A stretch of 64,000 nucleotides of DNA from Vicugna vicugna (lineage: Eukaryota). Below the pieces are notes generated by a model, which saw only the letters and a program-made list of their open reading frames with translations, did not search any database and was not told the DNA's origin. Positions within the stretch are counted from its first letter, which is position 1. Every line of letters begins with the position of its first letter. Position numbers and translations under genes: made by a program. The stretch is from contig MU058453.1 in the NCBI GenBank assembly GCA_013265495.1, forward strand, positions 62,001-126,000, in the 5' to 3' direction. This document shows positions 54,180 through 64,000 of the stretch, piece by piece.

Positions 54180-57100
54180 GGGCAGGCCCAGGAGTGAGCA
54201 GGCACAGGAGGGAGCAGGCCCAGGAGTGTGCAGACACAGGAGTGTGCAGGCCCAGGAGTGTGCAGACACAGGAGTCTGCAGGCTAAGGGGTGTGCAGACA
54301 CAGGAGAGGGCAGGACAGGTGAGGGCTGGCCCAGGAGAGGGCCACCCGAAGTGGGGGCAGGCCCAGCAGAGGACAGGTCCTGGAGTGTGCAGACACAGGA
54401 GAGGGCAGGACAGGTGAGGGCTGGCCCAGGAGAGGGCAGATCCAAGTGGGGGCAGGCCCAGAAGTTTGTAAGCCCAGGAGAGGGCCACCCGAAGTGGGGG
54501 CAGGCCCAGTAGAGGACAGGTCCTGGAGTGTGCAGACACAGGACTGTGCAGACACAGAAGTGTGCAGGCCCAGGGGTGTGCAGGTCCAGGAGAGGGTAGG
54601 CCAAAGTGGGGGCAGGCCCAGGAAAGGACAGCTCCAGGAGTGTGCAGGCCCAGGAGTGTGCAGACACAGGAGTGTGTAGGCCCACAGGAGTGTGCAGGGG
54701 GGAGTGTGAAGGCCCAGGTGTGTGGTGACACAGGAGTGTGCAGGCCCAGGAGTGTGAAGGCACAAGAGGGACCAGGTCCAGGAGTGTGCAGACCCAGGAG
54801 TGTGTAGGCCCAGGAGAGGGCAGGCCTAGGAGTGTGCAGGCCCAGCTGTGTACATGACCAGGAGTGTGCAGGCACAGGAGGGTTCAGGCCCAGGAATGTG
54901 CCGGCACAGATGGGAACAGGCCTAGGAGTGTGCAGACATAGGTGGGAGCAGGCCCAGTAGTGTGCAGGCACAGGAGGGAGCAGGCTAATTAGTGTGAAAG
55001 CCAAGGAGTGTGCAGACACCGGAGTGTGCAGAGACAGGGGTGTGCATATCCCGGAGTGTACAGGCCTAGGAGTGTGCAGGCCCAGGAGTGTGCACACGAG
55101 GGATAGCAGGCCCAGGAGTGTGCAGGCCCATGTGTGTGCAGGCCCTGGAGTGTGCTGTCACAGGAGAGGGCAGGAATGTGCAGGCCGAGGTATGTGCAGA
55201 CTCAGGGGTGAGCAGAATCAGGATTGTGCAGGCCCAGGAGTGTGCACACACAGGAGGGAGCAGGCACAGGTGTGTGTAGGCCTAAGAGTGTACAGGCATA
55301 GGTGTGTGCAGGCCCAGGAGTGTGCAGGCGCAGAAGTGTGCAGTCCCAGGAGTTTATGGCACAGGAGGGAGCAGGCCCAGGAGTGTGCCGGCACAGGAGT
55401 GTGCAGGTCCAGGACTGTGTAGGTCCAGGTATGTGCAGACACAGGAGTGTGCAGACCCAGGAGTGTTCAGACACAGTAGGGAGCAGGCACACCAGTGTGC
55501 AGGCCAAGGAGTGTGCTGGCCGAGGATTGTGCAGGCCCAGGAGAGGGCAGGCCGAAGGGTGTTTAGGTGCAGGAATGAGGAGTCCCAGGACCGTGCACGC
55601 CAAGCAGAGGGCAGGCCCAGGAGTGTGCAGGGCCAGTAGTGTTCAGGCCCAGGAGTGTGCAGGGCCAGTAGTGTTCAGGCCCAGGAGTGTGCAGGGCCAG
55701 TAGTGTTCAGGCCCAGGAGTGTGCAGGGCCAGTAGTGTTCAGGCCCAGGAGTGTGCAGGGCCAGTAGTGTTCAGGCCCAGGAGTGTGCAGGCCCAAGAGT
55801 GTGCAGGTCCAGGAGAGGGCCGGCCGAATTGGGGGCAGTCCCAGGAGAGGGAAGGCCCAGGAGTGTGCAGACGGGGGATTGTGCGGTCCCAGGAGAAGGC
55901 AGGCCCAGGAGTGTGCAGGCCCAAGAGTGTGCAGGGCCAGTAGTGTTCAGGCCCAGGAGTGTGCAGGACAGGTGAGGGCCGTCACAGGAGAGGGCAGGGC
56001 CAAATGGGGCAGGCCCAGTAGTGTGCAGGGCCAAAACTGTGCTGGCCCAGGATTGTGCAGTCACAGGAAGGAGCAGGTACAGGAGTGTGCATGCCCAGGA
56101 GTGTACAGGCTCAGGTTCGTGCAGGCCCAGGTGTGCGCAGGTCCAGGAGTGTGCAGGCCCAGGAGTGTGTAGGTACACTAGGTAGCAGGCCCAGGAGTTT
56201 GCAGGCCAAGGAGTGTATAGGGATAGATGTGATCAGGCCGTGGAGTGTGCAGCCCCAGGAGTGGGCAGGTCCATGAGAGGGTCGGCCGAAGTGGGGGCTG
56301 GCCCAGGATAGGGCAGGGCCAGGGGTGTGCAGGCCGAAGACTGTGCTTGCCCAGGAGTGTGCAGACACAGGTGTGAACAGGCCCAGGATTGTGCAGACCT
56401 AGGAGTGTGCAGGCCCAGGAGGGAACAGGTGCAGGAGTGTTCAGGGCCAGGAGTGGGCCGGCCCAGGAGTGTGCAGACACAGTAGTCAGCAGGCCCAGGA
56501 GTGTGCAGGTCCAGGAGTTTGCAGGCCCAGAACTGTGCAGACACAGAAGGGAGGAGGCACACGAGTGTGCAGGCCCAGGAGTGTACAGGCCCATGTGTGT
56601 GCAGGCCCTGGAGTGTGCTGTCACAGGAGAGGGCAGGAGCAGGAGTGTGCAGGCCCAGGTATGTGCAGACTCAGGGGTGAGCAGGACCATGATTGTGCAG
56701 GCCCAGGAGTGTTCAGACACAGGAGGGAGCAAGCACAGGTGTGTGTAGGCCCAAGAGTGTACAGGCATAGGTGTGTGCAGGCCCAGGAGTGTGCAGGCGG
56801 AGAAGCGTGCAGTCCCAGGAGTGTGACGGCACAAGAGGGAGCAGGCCCAGGAGTGTGCCGGCACAGCTGGGAACAGGCCTAGGAGTGTGCAGGCACAGGA
56901 GGGAGCAGGCTGAGGAGTGTGCAGGCCAAGGAGAGAGCAGTCCCAGGAGAGGGCAGGCCCAGGAGTGTGCAGGGCCAGAAGTATGCAGGCCCAAGAGTGT
57001 GAGGGCAGGTAGTGTTCAGGCCCAGGAGTGTGCAGGACAGGTGAGGGCCGTCACAGGAGAGGGCAGGTCCAAATGGGGCAGGCCGAGGAGTGTGCAGGAC

Positions 57101-57280
57101 CAGGAGTTTGCAGGCCCAGGAGTATGTAGTCACAGGAGGGAGCAGGTACAGGAGTGTGCAGATACAGGAGTGTGCAGGCCCAGGAGTATACAGGCCCAGG
57201 TTTGTGCAGGCCCAGATGTGCGCAGGTCCAGGAGTGTGCAGGCCCAGGAGTGTGTAGGTACACTAGGTAGCAGGCCCAGG
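54180..57280. repeat. G-rich satellite/minisatellite, ~16-bp core CAGGCCCAGGAGTGTG, with higher-order structure
   Basis: 3.1 kb of continuous diverged units. Five perfect 32-mers at 55621-55780. Longer blocks recur (~55115-55390 vs ~56580-56860 and ~55940-56195 vs ~57010-57280). Confidence 0.97.
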
Positions 57281-57720
57281 AAAATGAAATTTCTAGTAAC
57301 TTTACAAACATCGTGTAAAGCCTGTGTGAAGAAAGGGACGAAACATAGAGCATAAAAAAGAAGAAACAAGTAAAGGAAATTTTTTACCATTGCTGAGACA
57401 GAAGGGCGCAATATTCTGAAAACGTCAAGTTAATCTATTCAGTGAATTTCGGTGCCAGTCAACGTCATAGGGCAGGGCAGATGGCGGGAAGTGTTGCTGT
57501 TTTAATTTAGAGATGTCAGTTTTCAGTTTTTTAATTTTGGCAGTTTTTTCACCTGGGAGATGAATGATATGAAAAGAGCCAGGAAATGTGTGTGGAGGAT
57601 GAATTATGGGTGAGACTCTAGCCGCATTCAGATGGTTCTGGCCGTTCTAGAGTGTGAATCACCTACTGTGGCCACAAATGACTGTAAAAGAGACTTGGTT
57701 TTCAATAGTGCTTTATTGCT

Positions 57721-57813
57721 CGGTGTTTTCCAGAGTGCTCGATGATCCCGATCCGCGCCATCTCGTGTATCTTCACAGTGGTCTGTATCTACTCCGTGGC
57801 CCCAGGATATGTG
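57721..57813 (+). pseudogene. ADCY1: ADCY1-like exon remnant 1
   Basis: RCFPECSMIPIRAISCIFTVVCIYSVAPGYV|gtgagc vs recalled human QCFPGCLTIQIRTVLCIFIVVLIYSVAQGCV. No acceptor AG at the expected position. Confidence 0.85.
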
Positions 57814-58298
57814 GTGAGCGTGTCTGCAGGGGCTGGGCGTGGCAAGGGCCGTGAGGGACAGGGATGAGGGGCAGCCGCCGGGAGCCGCACTGGAGGGCCC
57901 GCCCCTAGGATGGGGAGGGAAACAAGGGGGGTCAGAAGTGGGCCTGGGGTGTCCCAGGAAGCCAGGGTGAGGGGGACATCGGCCAGTGGAGGAGGTGTGA
58001 TCGGCCCTTTGTGGCGTGCCAAGGACAGAAGCTGGGGCAGTGAAACAGGAAGGAGGGGGTGGGGGGGGAACAGGATGGAGCTGAGGGGTTTAGGAGGACG
58101 GTAGGGGTCTCGTGTCCTCCAGCCCAGGTCCTGGGGCTCCGCTTCTGGTAGTGAGGAGCCTCGAAGGGCCAGGACTGGGCAGGAGTACCCAAGGCCTGGC
58201 CGGTGGCACTGGGGGAGTGGGTGGGGCAGGGGGCCAGAGAATGCCGGGGAGGAGGGGGTGCTGTGTGCTCTGAGTGGGGCCCCTCCATCCCCCTCCAG

Positions 58299-58554
58299 GT
58301 GGGCTGCCTGCTCTGGGCCGGGAGCTCCAGCCCCAACGGGTCCCTGGTGGTCCTGTCGTCTGAGGGCCGGGCCCTAGTGCTGCCCGCCCTGCCCGCCCTG
58401 CCCTGCAAGCTGTGCCCCATACCCTGCTCTGAGGCCTCATGGGCGCCCTCCTGCTGGCCATATCCCTGCGGGTCTCCTCTTTGCCCCAAATGATCCCCGC
58501 TTGTGGCGTCACCACGTCCTGGACCTCAGCGGGTACGCGAGGACCGTGGGGCAG
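58299..58554 (+). pseudogene. ADCY1: ADCY1-like exon remnant 2 (frameshifted)
   Basis: ccctccag|VGCLLWAGSSSPNGSLVVLSS..LPALPC, then LLAISLRVSSLPQMI and VLDLSGYART in different frames. TGA at 58491-58493 in the entry frame. 3' end approximate. Confidence 0.9.
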
Positions 58555-58836
58555 GTACGCTGCTGCTGCCGGGCATCCCACGGGCAGGCGTCGCAGATAC
58601 CCATCCGTGATGCCCTGTGCTGTGGTCTGCTGACTAGAAGCTCGTTCGTGCCAGGGCTTCTCCCCTCGTCCACTTGGGTGCCAGTTCCAGCAGGTCCTTG
58701 GGTTTCTCGGTGAGATGTGGCTCTCAGCCCGGGTCAGTCCCAGGCGCCTCTGGGGGTGTCGCACCTGTGGGGCCCTCGGTGGATGGGTCTTGTGTTCTTG
58801 GCACTGAATGGGGTTCTCCTCCTTCTCTTCCCCAAG

Positions 58837-58944
58837 GGGCAGCTTGGAGCCGATCCTGGCCATCCTGCTGTTCTCACGTGCGCTGGCCCTGACGCCTGGC
58901 ACGTGGACGTCAAGCTGCGGCCGGACTACGTCTGGGCTGCGCAG
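58837..58944 (+). pseudogene. ADCY1: ADCY1-like exon remnant 3 (frameshifted)
   Basis: SLEPILAILLFSRALAL then, after a 1-nt loss, HVDVKLRPDYVWAAQ. The donor reads gcaag. Confidence 0.9.
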
Positions 58945-59541
58945 GCAAGAGGAGCCCCTCTGCTTCCACGGGGGTCGGCAAGGGAGTCCCTTGGGAAGGG
59001 TGTCACGTGGGGGCTTCCGGCTAGACGCCAGCAGCCAGCCGTGTGGGTGGTGTTAGGCATAGGGACCCCTGCGGGGGGGCCTCGCAGTGGGGGAGAGGGA
59101 CGAGGCTGCACCCCAAGTACAGCAAGGGCAGGTGGGCTTGTACAGCCGAGGGGCAGGGTGGGGGCAGTGGCTGTAAAGTGATGAAGAGTAGAGATCAGGG
59201 GGCAGGGGTTTCTGATTGAGCTGATGTAACAGGATTCATGCTGAGGACAGGCCTGGGTGATCGGACGTCACCTGGGGAGGGTGGGAGGTGAGGAACCCGA
59301 TCAGATGTCCGGGGTGATCGGATGTCAGGGATGGGGTGTCTGGGTGAGCTGGCTCAGCGGGGTTCTTGCTAAAACTGGACAATGCGGAAATGAAGAGGGA
59401 CGCCGCAAAGTCAGGGCCCAGTTGGGAAGACAGTTCAGAGTCTGGTCCAGGAGAGGATCTTGTCAGGTGGCGGGTTGTCGAGCGAGTGAAGGATGCTGGA
59501 AGGGTGGGCGAGTGACCAACGGAGCATCCTGTCATCCCCAG

Positions 59542-59658
59542 GCAGAGGAGGAGCGGGACGACACGGAGAGGGTGAAGCCGGACAACAGGAGGGTCCTCTT
59601 CAACCTCCTGCCGGCCCACGTCGCCCTGCACTGCCTCATGGCCAACCCCCGGAACGCG
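59542..59658 (+). pseudogene. ADCY1: ADCY1-like exon remnant 4 (open frame, 117 nt)
   Basis: cccag|AEEERDDTERVKPDNRRVLFNLLPAHVALHCLMANPRNA|gtgagt vs recalled AEEERDDMEKVKLDNRRILFNLLPAHVAQHFLMSNPRNM. Confidence 0.95.
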
Positions 59659-60489
59659 GTGAGTGTGCGGCCTGCGTGGCAGTGCTTCCCGGGCCCTGAG
59701 ACCCAGCAGGGTGCTCCTCCAAGCCGAGCTGCTCTGGGAGGGGCTGCAGGGCTGCAGCTGGAGGTCCAGTCCAGAGGGACCCTCCCCTCTGCCTCATACC
59801 GCACGGGGTAGCCTTTTCCAAGCCCTCAGCTGCACCAAGGAGGGGAGGCCCCTCTGCCCACCCCCAGGCGCAGGGCAGAGGCCGGGCCATCAGAGGCTCC
59901 TGGGATGTGGGGTTGACAGGTGCCCAGAACCACCGTGTCCTCCCCTTTGATCCTGGAAGAGAGCATAACGTTCACCATCCCCACAAGGCGGGAGATGGGG
60001 CTTCAGGAAACCACACTCAAGGGGGAAAGCGCTGTTTCAAGACCTTCACGGTCTGGGTGGTGTCCCGTCCTGGCTGAGTTTGTGTGGGCGGCCTGGCCTG
60101 GCCCTGCCCGCCTGGCCGCAGGGCTGGTGGTTCATCCTCTTCTCCATGTTCAGTGCAGTCTGGGGCCACGACCTAGAGGTGAAGCTCGAAAACCACCCCA
60201 GCAGCACAGCGCAGGGCTTGGAAAAGCCGTCTCAAAAATAAGAGAGTCTCAGGTTGGGTTTCTAGGTCCTAAAGGCACAAACACCAAGGCTCAGCTTGCC
60301 CAGCTGTGGCCTGAAGTAGCTTCCAGGCTCATCTTTCAACCTGCTGGGCCTGGGGGTGTCCAGAGAGGTTTGTCTTGCCAGAGCAGCATGTCCCTCCCTG
60401 GTGCCACCCCCCAACAGGGGGCTCTGCTCTCACCTGGGAGCTGAACGACCTCGCGTCGTCCTAGATGCTCCAGGCCCCCTCCTTGTGTG

Positions 60490-61600
60490 TCTATTGTTAA
60501 ATAAATTGAATCAATAATTAATAACCTTCCAAAACAGAAAGTGCTGGGTGTAGCTGGGTTCACGGGTGAATTCTGTCAGACGTTTCATAAAGAAGTCATA
60601 CCAGTTCCCTGTAATCTCCTCCAGGATATAGAAGTAGAAGCAATGCTTCCCACCGCATTCTGTGAGTCCAGCATTACCACATTAGCGCATTGCCACAATA
60701 GCAAACCAGATTAAGAAATTACAAGAAAGGAAAATTACGGGCCAGTATTCCTTTTGAATATAGATGCATAAATTCTCACCAAATATTAATTAGACAATTG
60801 AATTCAGCAAGGTATGAGAAGAACTAAGCGCCACAAATGAGTGTTGAATTTATTCCAGATACGCAAGGCTGGCTCAGCATTTCAAAATTAATTAATAAAA
60901 CTCACCATATCAACAGGATAAAAAAAGAGAAATCACATGATCATATCAATTGATGCAAACCATTTATTTGACAGCATATAACACCCATTCCTGATTTAAA
61001 GAAAACTTCCTCAGCAAACTACGAATAGAAGGGAACTTCCTCAACTTGATAAAGAGTATCTACCAAATCCCCCTGTAGCGTGCCCGCAGACACGATGCGG
61101 AGGAACTGATGCCTTCCCCCGAGATAGGAGCGCGACAAGGAAGCCCCTCTCCTCTCACCGCTCCTGTTTGCCAGTCACACTGGAAGACCTGGCTAGAGCA
61201 GTGAGACAGGAAAAGGAAATAAAGGTGTATAGACAGAGAAGGATGAAATAAAACTGTCCTTGTCCTTAGGTAGTACGATTATTTATATAGAAAAAACGAT
61301 TTTTTAAAATACACCAGCAGTGAACAAGTGAAATCTGAAAATACAATACCCTTTGTGTTAGCACACACCCCCACACTTAAATACCGGGTACAGGTTTTCA
61401 AGATACAGGTAGTATCTCTATGAGGAAAGCGAGAAAGCTCTGATGAGAGAAGTCAAAGAAGGTCTAGCTAAGTGGAAATACAGTCCGCGTTTCTGCCTAG
61501 AAGGACATCATCAAGACGTCAGTTATTCCCTGCTTGACCTGTAGATTGAACTCAAGCAGCCCGGCTGCTGCATTGTTGATGTGGAGATCAAATCGCGAGC
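60490..61600 (+). mobile_element. Old L1 ORF2 fragment (intronic)
   Basis: aaataaattgaatcaataattaataaccttccaaaacagaaa, atatagatgcataaattctca, atcacatgatcatatcaattgatgca and aacttcctcaacttgataaag are L1 RT-region motifs. Confidence 0.9.
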
Positions 61601-61706
61601 TCACCAGGGGTGCCGCTTGGCCCCCTGCAGGTCACTGGCTGAGCGTCCCTGCTGCCTCTGCCCTCGCGCCCCTCAACTGTAATAACCCGCGTGTGCTCAC
61701 ATCCAG

Positions 61707-61821
61707 GTCAGGCCGTGCGTCTCCTCCCGCCTCGGCGCGTTGGCAGCCTTCCCCGTGGAGGCGCTCGGCGTCCCGGACGAGATCGACTACCGGTCCTGCG
61801 ACGACTTCGTGCTCCGTGCAG
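61707..61821 (+). pseudogene. ADCY1: ADCY1-like exon remnant 5 (open frame, 115 nt)
   Basis: atccag|VRPCVSSRLGALAAFPVEALGVPDEIDYRSCDDFVLRAG|gtacgt vs recalled AKKSISSHLSTLADFAIEMFDVLDEINYQSYNDFVLRVG. Confidence 0.92.
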
Positions 61822-62429
61822 GTACGTGGCCGCAGGCCGTCCCGTCACTCGGGCCAGCGCACCCTTCCCGCACCCGGCCCGGGAGCTGGTGGCCACGGCC
61901 CTCTGCCTAGGAGGCCGTTCCAGGCTCCCTTGTCTCAGGGAGGCGGGTGGAGCCACCCAGAGGAGTGCGTGGGACACAGGGACAGCCGGGTGAGCCTCAG
62001 AGCTGGGTATCGGTGACTTAGGACCGAAAGAGTGATTGTCCAGCTCACAAGGCACGTGAGAAATCTTGATTGTCTCAGAGGCTTTCACGTGCACCTCTGA
62101 GTCCACACGCGGCTGGAGGAGGGCGCCCCGTTTCCCTGCGCAGAGCCCGGCTGTGCAGACTCAAGCCGGGCCCTTGGTCCTCCTGGGGTCCCTTCCCCTC
62201 ACCTGGGAGTGAGGTGGGGGACCATCGGGGGTCTAAGCTCCTTTCTAGCTTTTATAAAACTGTTAGATTATTTTTTAACTCTTAAATTCCGCCCCCTCCT
62301 TTTTTTTTGGCAAGAAGATAGTTTCCCACAAAAATTCTTACTAGTCAAGGATGTAGTTAAACTGGAGATTTATGATTTTTTAAAAACATTGTGTCTTAGC
62401 TGTTACAGGTGTTTCGATTTAATTTCGAG

Positions 62430-62548
62430 TGGGGGAGGTAATTAGGTTGATTTATTTACTTTTTTAATGGGAGCACTGAGGACCGAAGCCAGGGCCTCCT
62501 GCGTGCTAAGCACGTGCTCTACCACTGAGCTATTATGTACCCTCCTCC
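62430..62548 (-). mobile_element. Vic-1-type tRNA-derived SINE (camelid)
   Basis: The reverse complement reads ...tagctcagtggtagagcacgtgcttagcacgcaggaggccctggcttcggtcctcagtgctccc, then an A-rich tail and cctaattacctcccccc, matching the recalled camelid SINE layout. Confidence 0.8.
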
Positions 62549-63833
62549 CTGCAGATTTATGGTCTCTTTCTTGTTCTCCTTTCTCTCTCTCTCTCTCCTT
62601 TTCCTGCTAGTCCGTGATAGAGTTAGTTAAACTGGACATGTCTGGCCGTTTTGCAGTTGAAACGTCTAGTGGCCTTAAGAGCAGGAGCGAGAGCTGGGTT
62701 TGAGTGTGAGGGGGCAGCAGGTGTCCCTCCGAGTGGGCGGGGTTCTGACGCGCTTAAGCAGAAGCGCTGACTTAGAGCTGGTGCCTGGCCTGAGGGATGG
62801 GCTGGAGGTGGGGGCAGGCCGCCCTCTGTGCCTCACCCCCCCCCCAGTGGTCAGTTCTCCGGGGCTGCGGGCTCGGATTAACAGATGTACTGACGTGAGA
62901 GGGGACAGATCCAAGGGCCCGTCATGGAAATTCTATTTCTTACCCTGTTACTGAGAATCTGCTGGCTGATTGGCCCTCTCTGTGCCCGGACGGCTGGTCC
63001 CACGAGGCTGGATCCTGGCTCCGACTCGTTCACGTGGGCTGACGCTTCCGGGGTGGTAGAGGGGGGCTCTCTGCGTCGCCCCAGCCGTCTGTGAAGTGGG
63101 CCCTTTGGGGACTCTTCCCCGAGGTCCCACATCTGCCTGGCCCAAGGCCGAGCTCTCCCAACTCACCGTCCAGCTCTGCCCGCTTCCCCCACCTTCTCCC
63201 GCAGACGCCAGCACCCCCTGCCCAGGCTTCGGGGGATTGACCGGGCGAGTGTCTGAAATGTTATTAAGACACTTGGCTGAGCTCAGAAAAATTGACACGT
63301 GAGGACAGAATCAGTAGATGCGACCTGGTGTCGGCGCAGACACAGCTGGGGCACCCGGGCCTGTGTCGCTCCCCAGGCCGCTAGGACCCCGAATCGCAGA
63401 AAGAGAAGGGGGGCTCCGCTCTCCTTCAGAGCATCTTGAAATACTTCATTCCGGGCCCCAGTCCCGAAGGAGCTGAGGGATCCCACCCAGGGAAGCAGTC
63501 AGGAGCTGCTGTCCTTTCTGGAAGGAGGAGCTGGGGTGGGGGTGGGGGGACACACACTGTGGCTCTACAGACCGAAAGGTCAGCCTTCTTAGCGGTGAGA
63601 CTCGGTCTGAGGATGCTGTTCCAGGAAATGGGACTTTTTCTCGGGATCAGGACTGCTTCCTGGGGGTGTGGGGTGCAAGCAGGGGCTGGGAGCAGCCGCT
63701 CAGCCATGCTGTGGGGTCCCTGCTTCAGGGAGGGGGGTTGCACTTGGTGGCCCCAGGAATCCATGACCCCACAAGGGCCAGCTCCTCCCCTCCAGAGCCT
63801 CCCCACTAACACCACACCGGGGCTGTTTTCCAG

Positions 63834-63958
63834 GCATCAACATGGGCCCCGCGGTGGCCGGAGTGACTGGGGCTTGCAGGCTGCAGTACGACATTCTGGG
63901 GAAACACAGTCAACGTGGCCAGTGGATGGACGGCAACGGGGTCCCGGGCAGGATCCAG
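63834..63958 (+). pseudogene. ADCY1: ADCY1-like exon remnant 6 (125 nt, compensating indels)
   Basis: Branch-like cactaac and ttttccag|, then INMGPAVAGVTGACRLQYDI-LGKHSQRGQW-MDGNGVPGRIQ|gtcagt. WGNTVNVAS lies in the shifted frame. Confidence 0.93.
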
Positions 63959-64000
63959 GTCAGTGCATTCAGAATCCCCAAGGTGCAGGTGCCCATCCTG

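Larger units (their letters stand above)
57721..63958 (+). pseudogene. ADCY1: Unprocessed, disabled 3' part of an adenylate cyclase 1-like gene (second TM cluster to C2 domain), continuing beyond the window
   Basis: Six exon remnants in ADCY1 order separated by introns. Frameshifts and a premature stop in the TM exons. The exons encoding DLYYQSY...FDE and LMEKD...KIKTIGSTY are not found. Confidence 0.92.

Noticed and set aside
54180..57280. Possible immunoglobulin switch region or CRISPR-like array
   Set aside because: AGCT/GAGCT pentamers are rare and there are no Ig constant exons nearby. There are no unique spacers between identical repeats, and the DNA is mammalian.
54086..57411. Many long Cys/His/Pro-rich ORFs (HTPGPAHSWAC..., QECAGPGVCR...) resembling keratin-associated or zinc-finger proteins
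   Set aside because: They occur in several frames on both strands and are translations of a stop-poor 16-bp satellite whose unit is not a multiple of 3.
62219..62232. gaccatcggg as a remnant of the missing KTIGST exon
   Set aside because: Only ~10 matching bases, in the wrong order relative to the other exons, with no flanking homology.
62466..62545. tRNA gene
   Set aside because: Degenerate B box, no full cloverleaf, and an A-rich SINE tail; it is a SINE.
49208..63958. Functional cAMP-pathway cluster (ARPP19 plus ADCY1)
   Set aside because: The two arose by unrelated mechanisms (retrotransposition and genomic duplication or rearrangement) and both are damaged. The adjacency is best treated as coincidence.

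Overview
Mammalian (non-microbial) genomic DNA, very probably camelid: it carries a Vic-1-type tRNA-derived SINE at ~62.4-62.5 kb and camelid-style L1 3' ends. I can support no intact multi-exon protein-coding gene, and most ORFs in the supplied track are chance frames or repeat translations. Positions 1-53.8 kb are AT-rich and repeat-dense. They contain two CpG-island promoters with divergent splice donors (1-650 and 23.0-23.5 kb), a decayed class III (ERVL-like) provirus (~7.5-12.5 kb), a large GC-rich 9-bp tandem array with assembly gaps (20.3-21.8 kb) and a TSD-flanked ARPP19 retrocopy inserted into an old L1 (49.2-51.8 kb). At ~53.84 kb the sequence switches abruptly to GC-rich DNA: a duplicated ADCY1 exon fused to a 3.1-kb 16-bp-unit satellite, then an intron-containing, disabled 3' part of an ADCY1-like gene (57.7-64 kb). 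That gene has frameshifts, lacks two catalytic-domain exons, and has one exon with compensating indels. Gene and repeat identifications rest on my recall of reference sequences, not on database searches, and repeat boundaries are approximate. I see interesting genome-evolution events but no clear evidence of a novel functional system.
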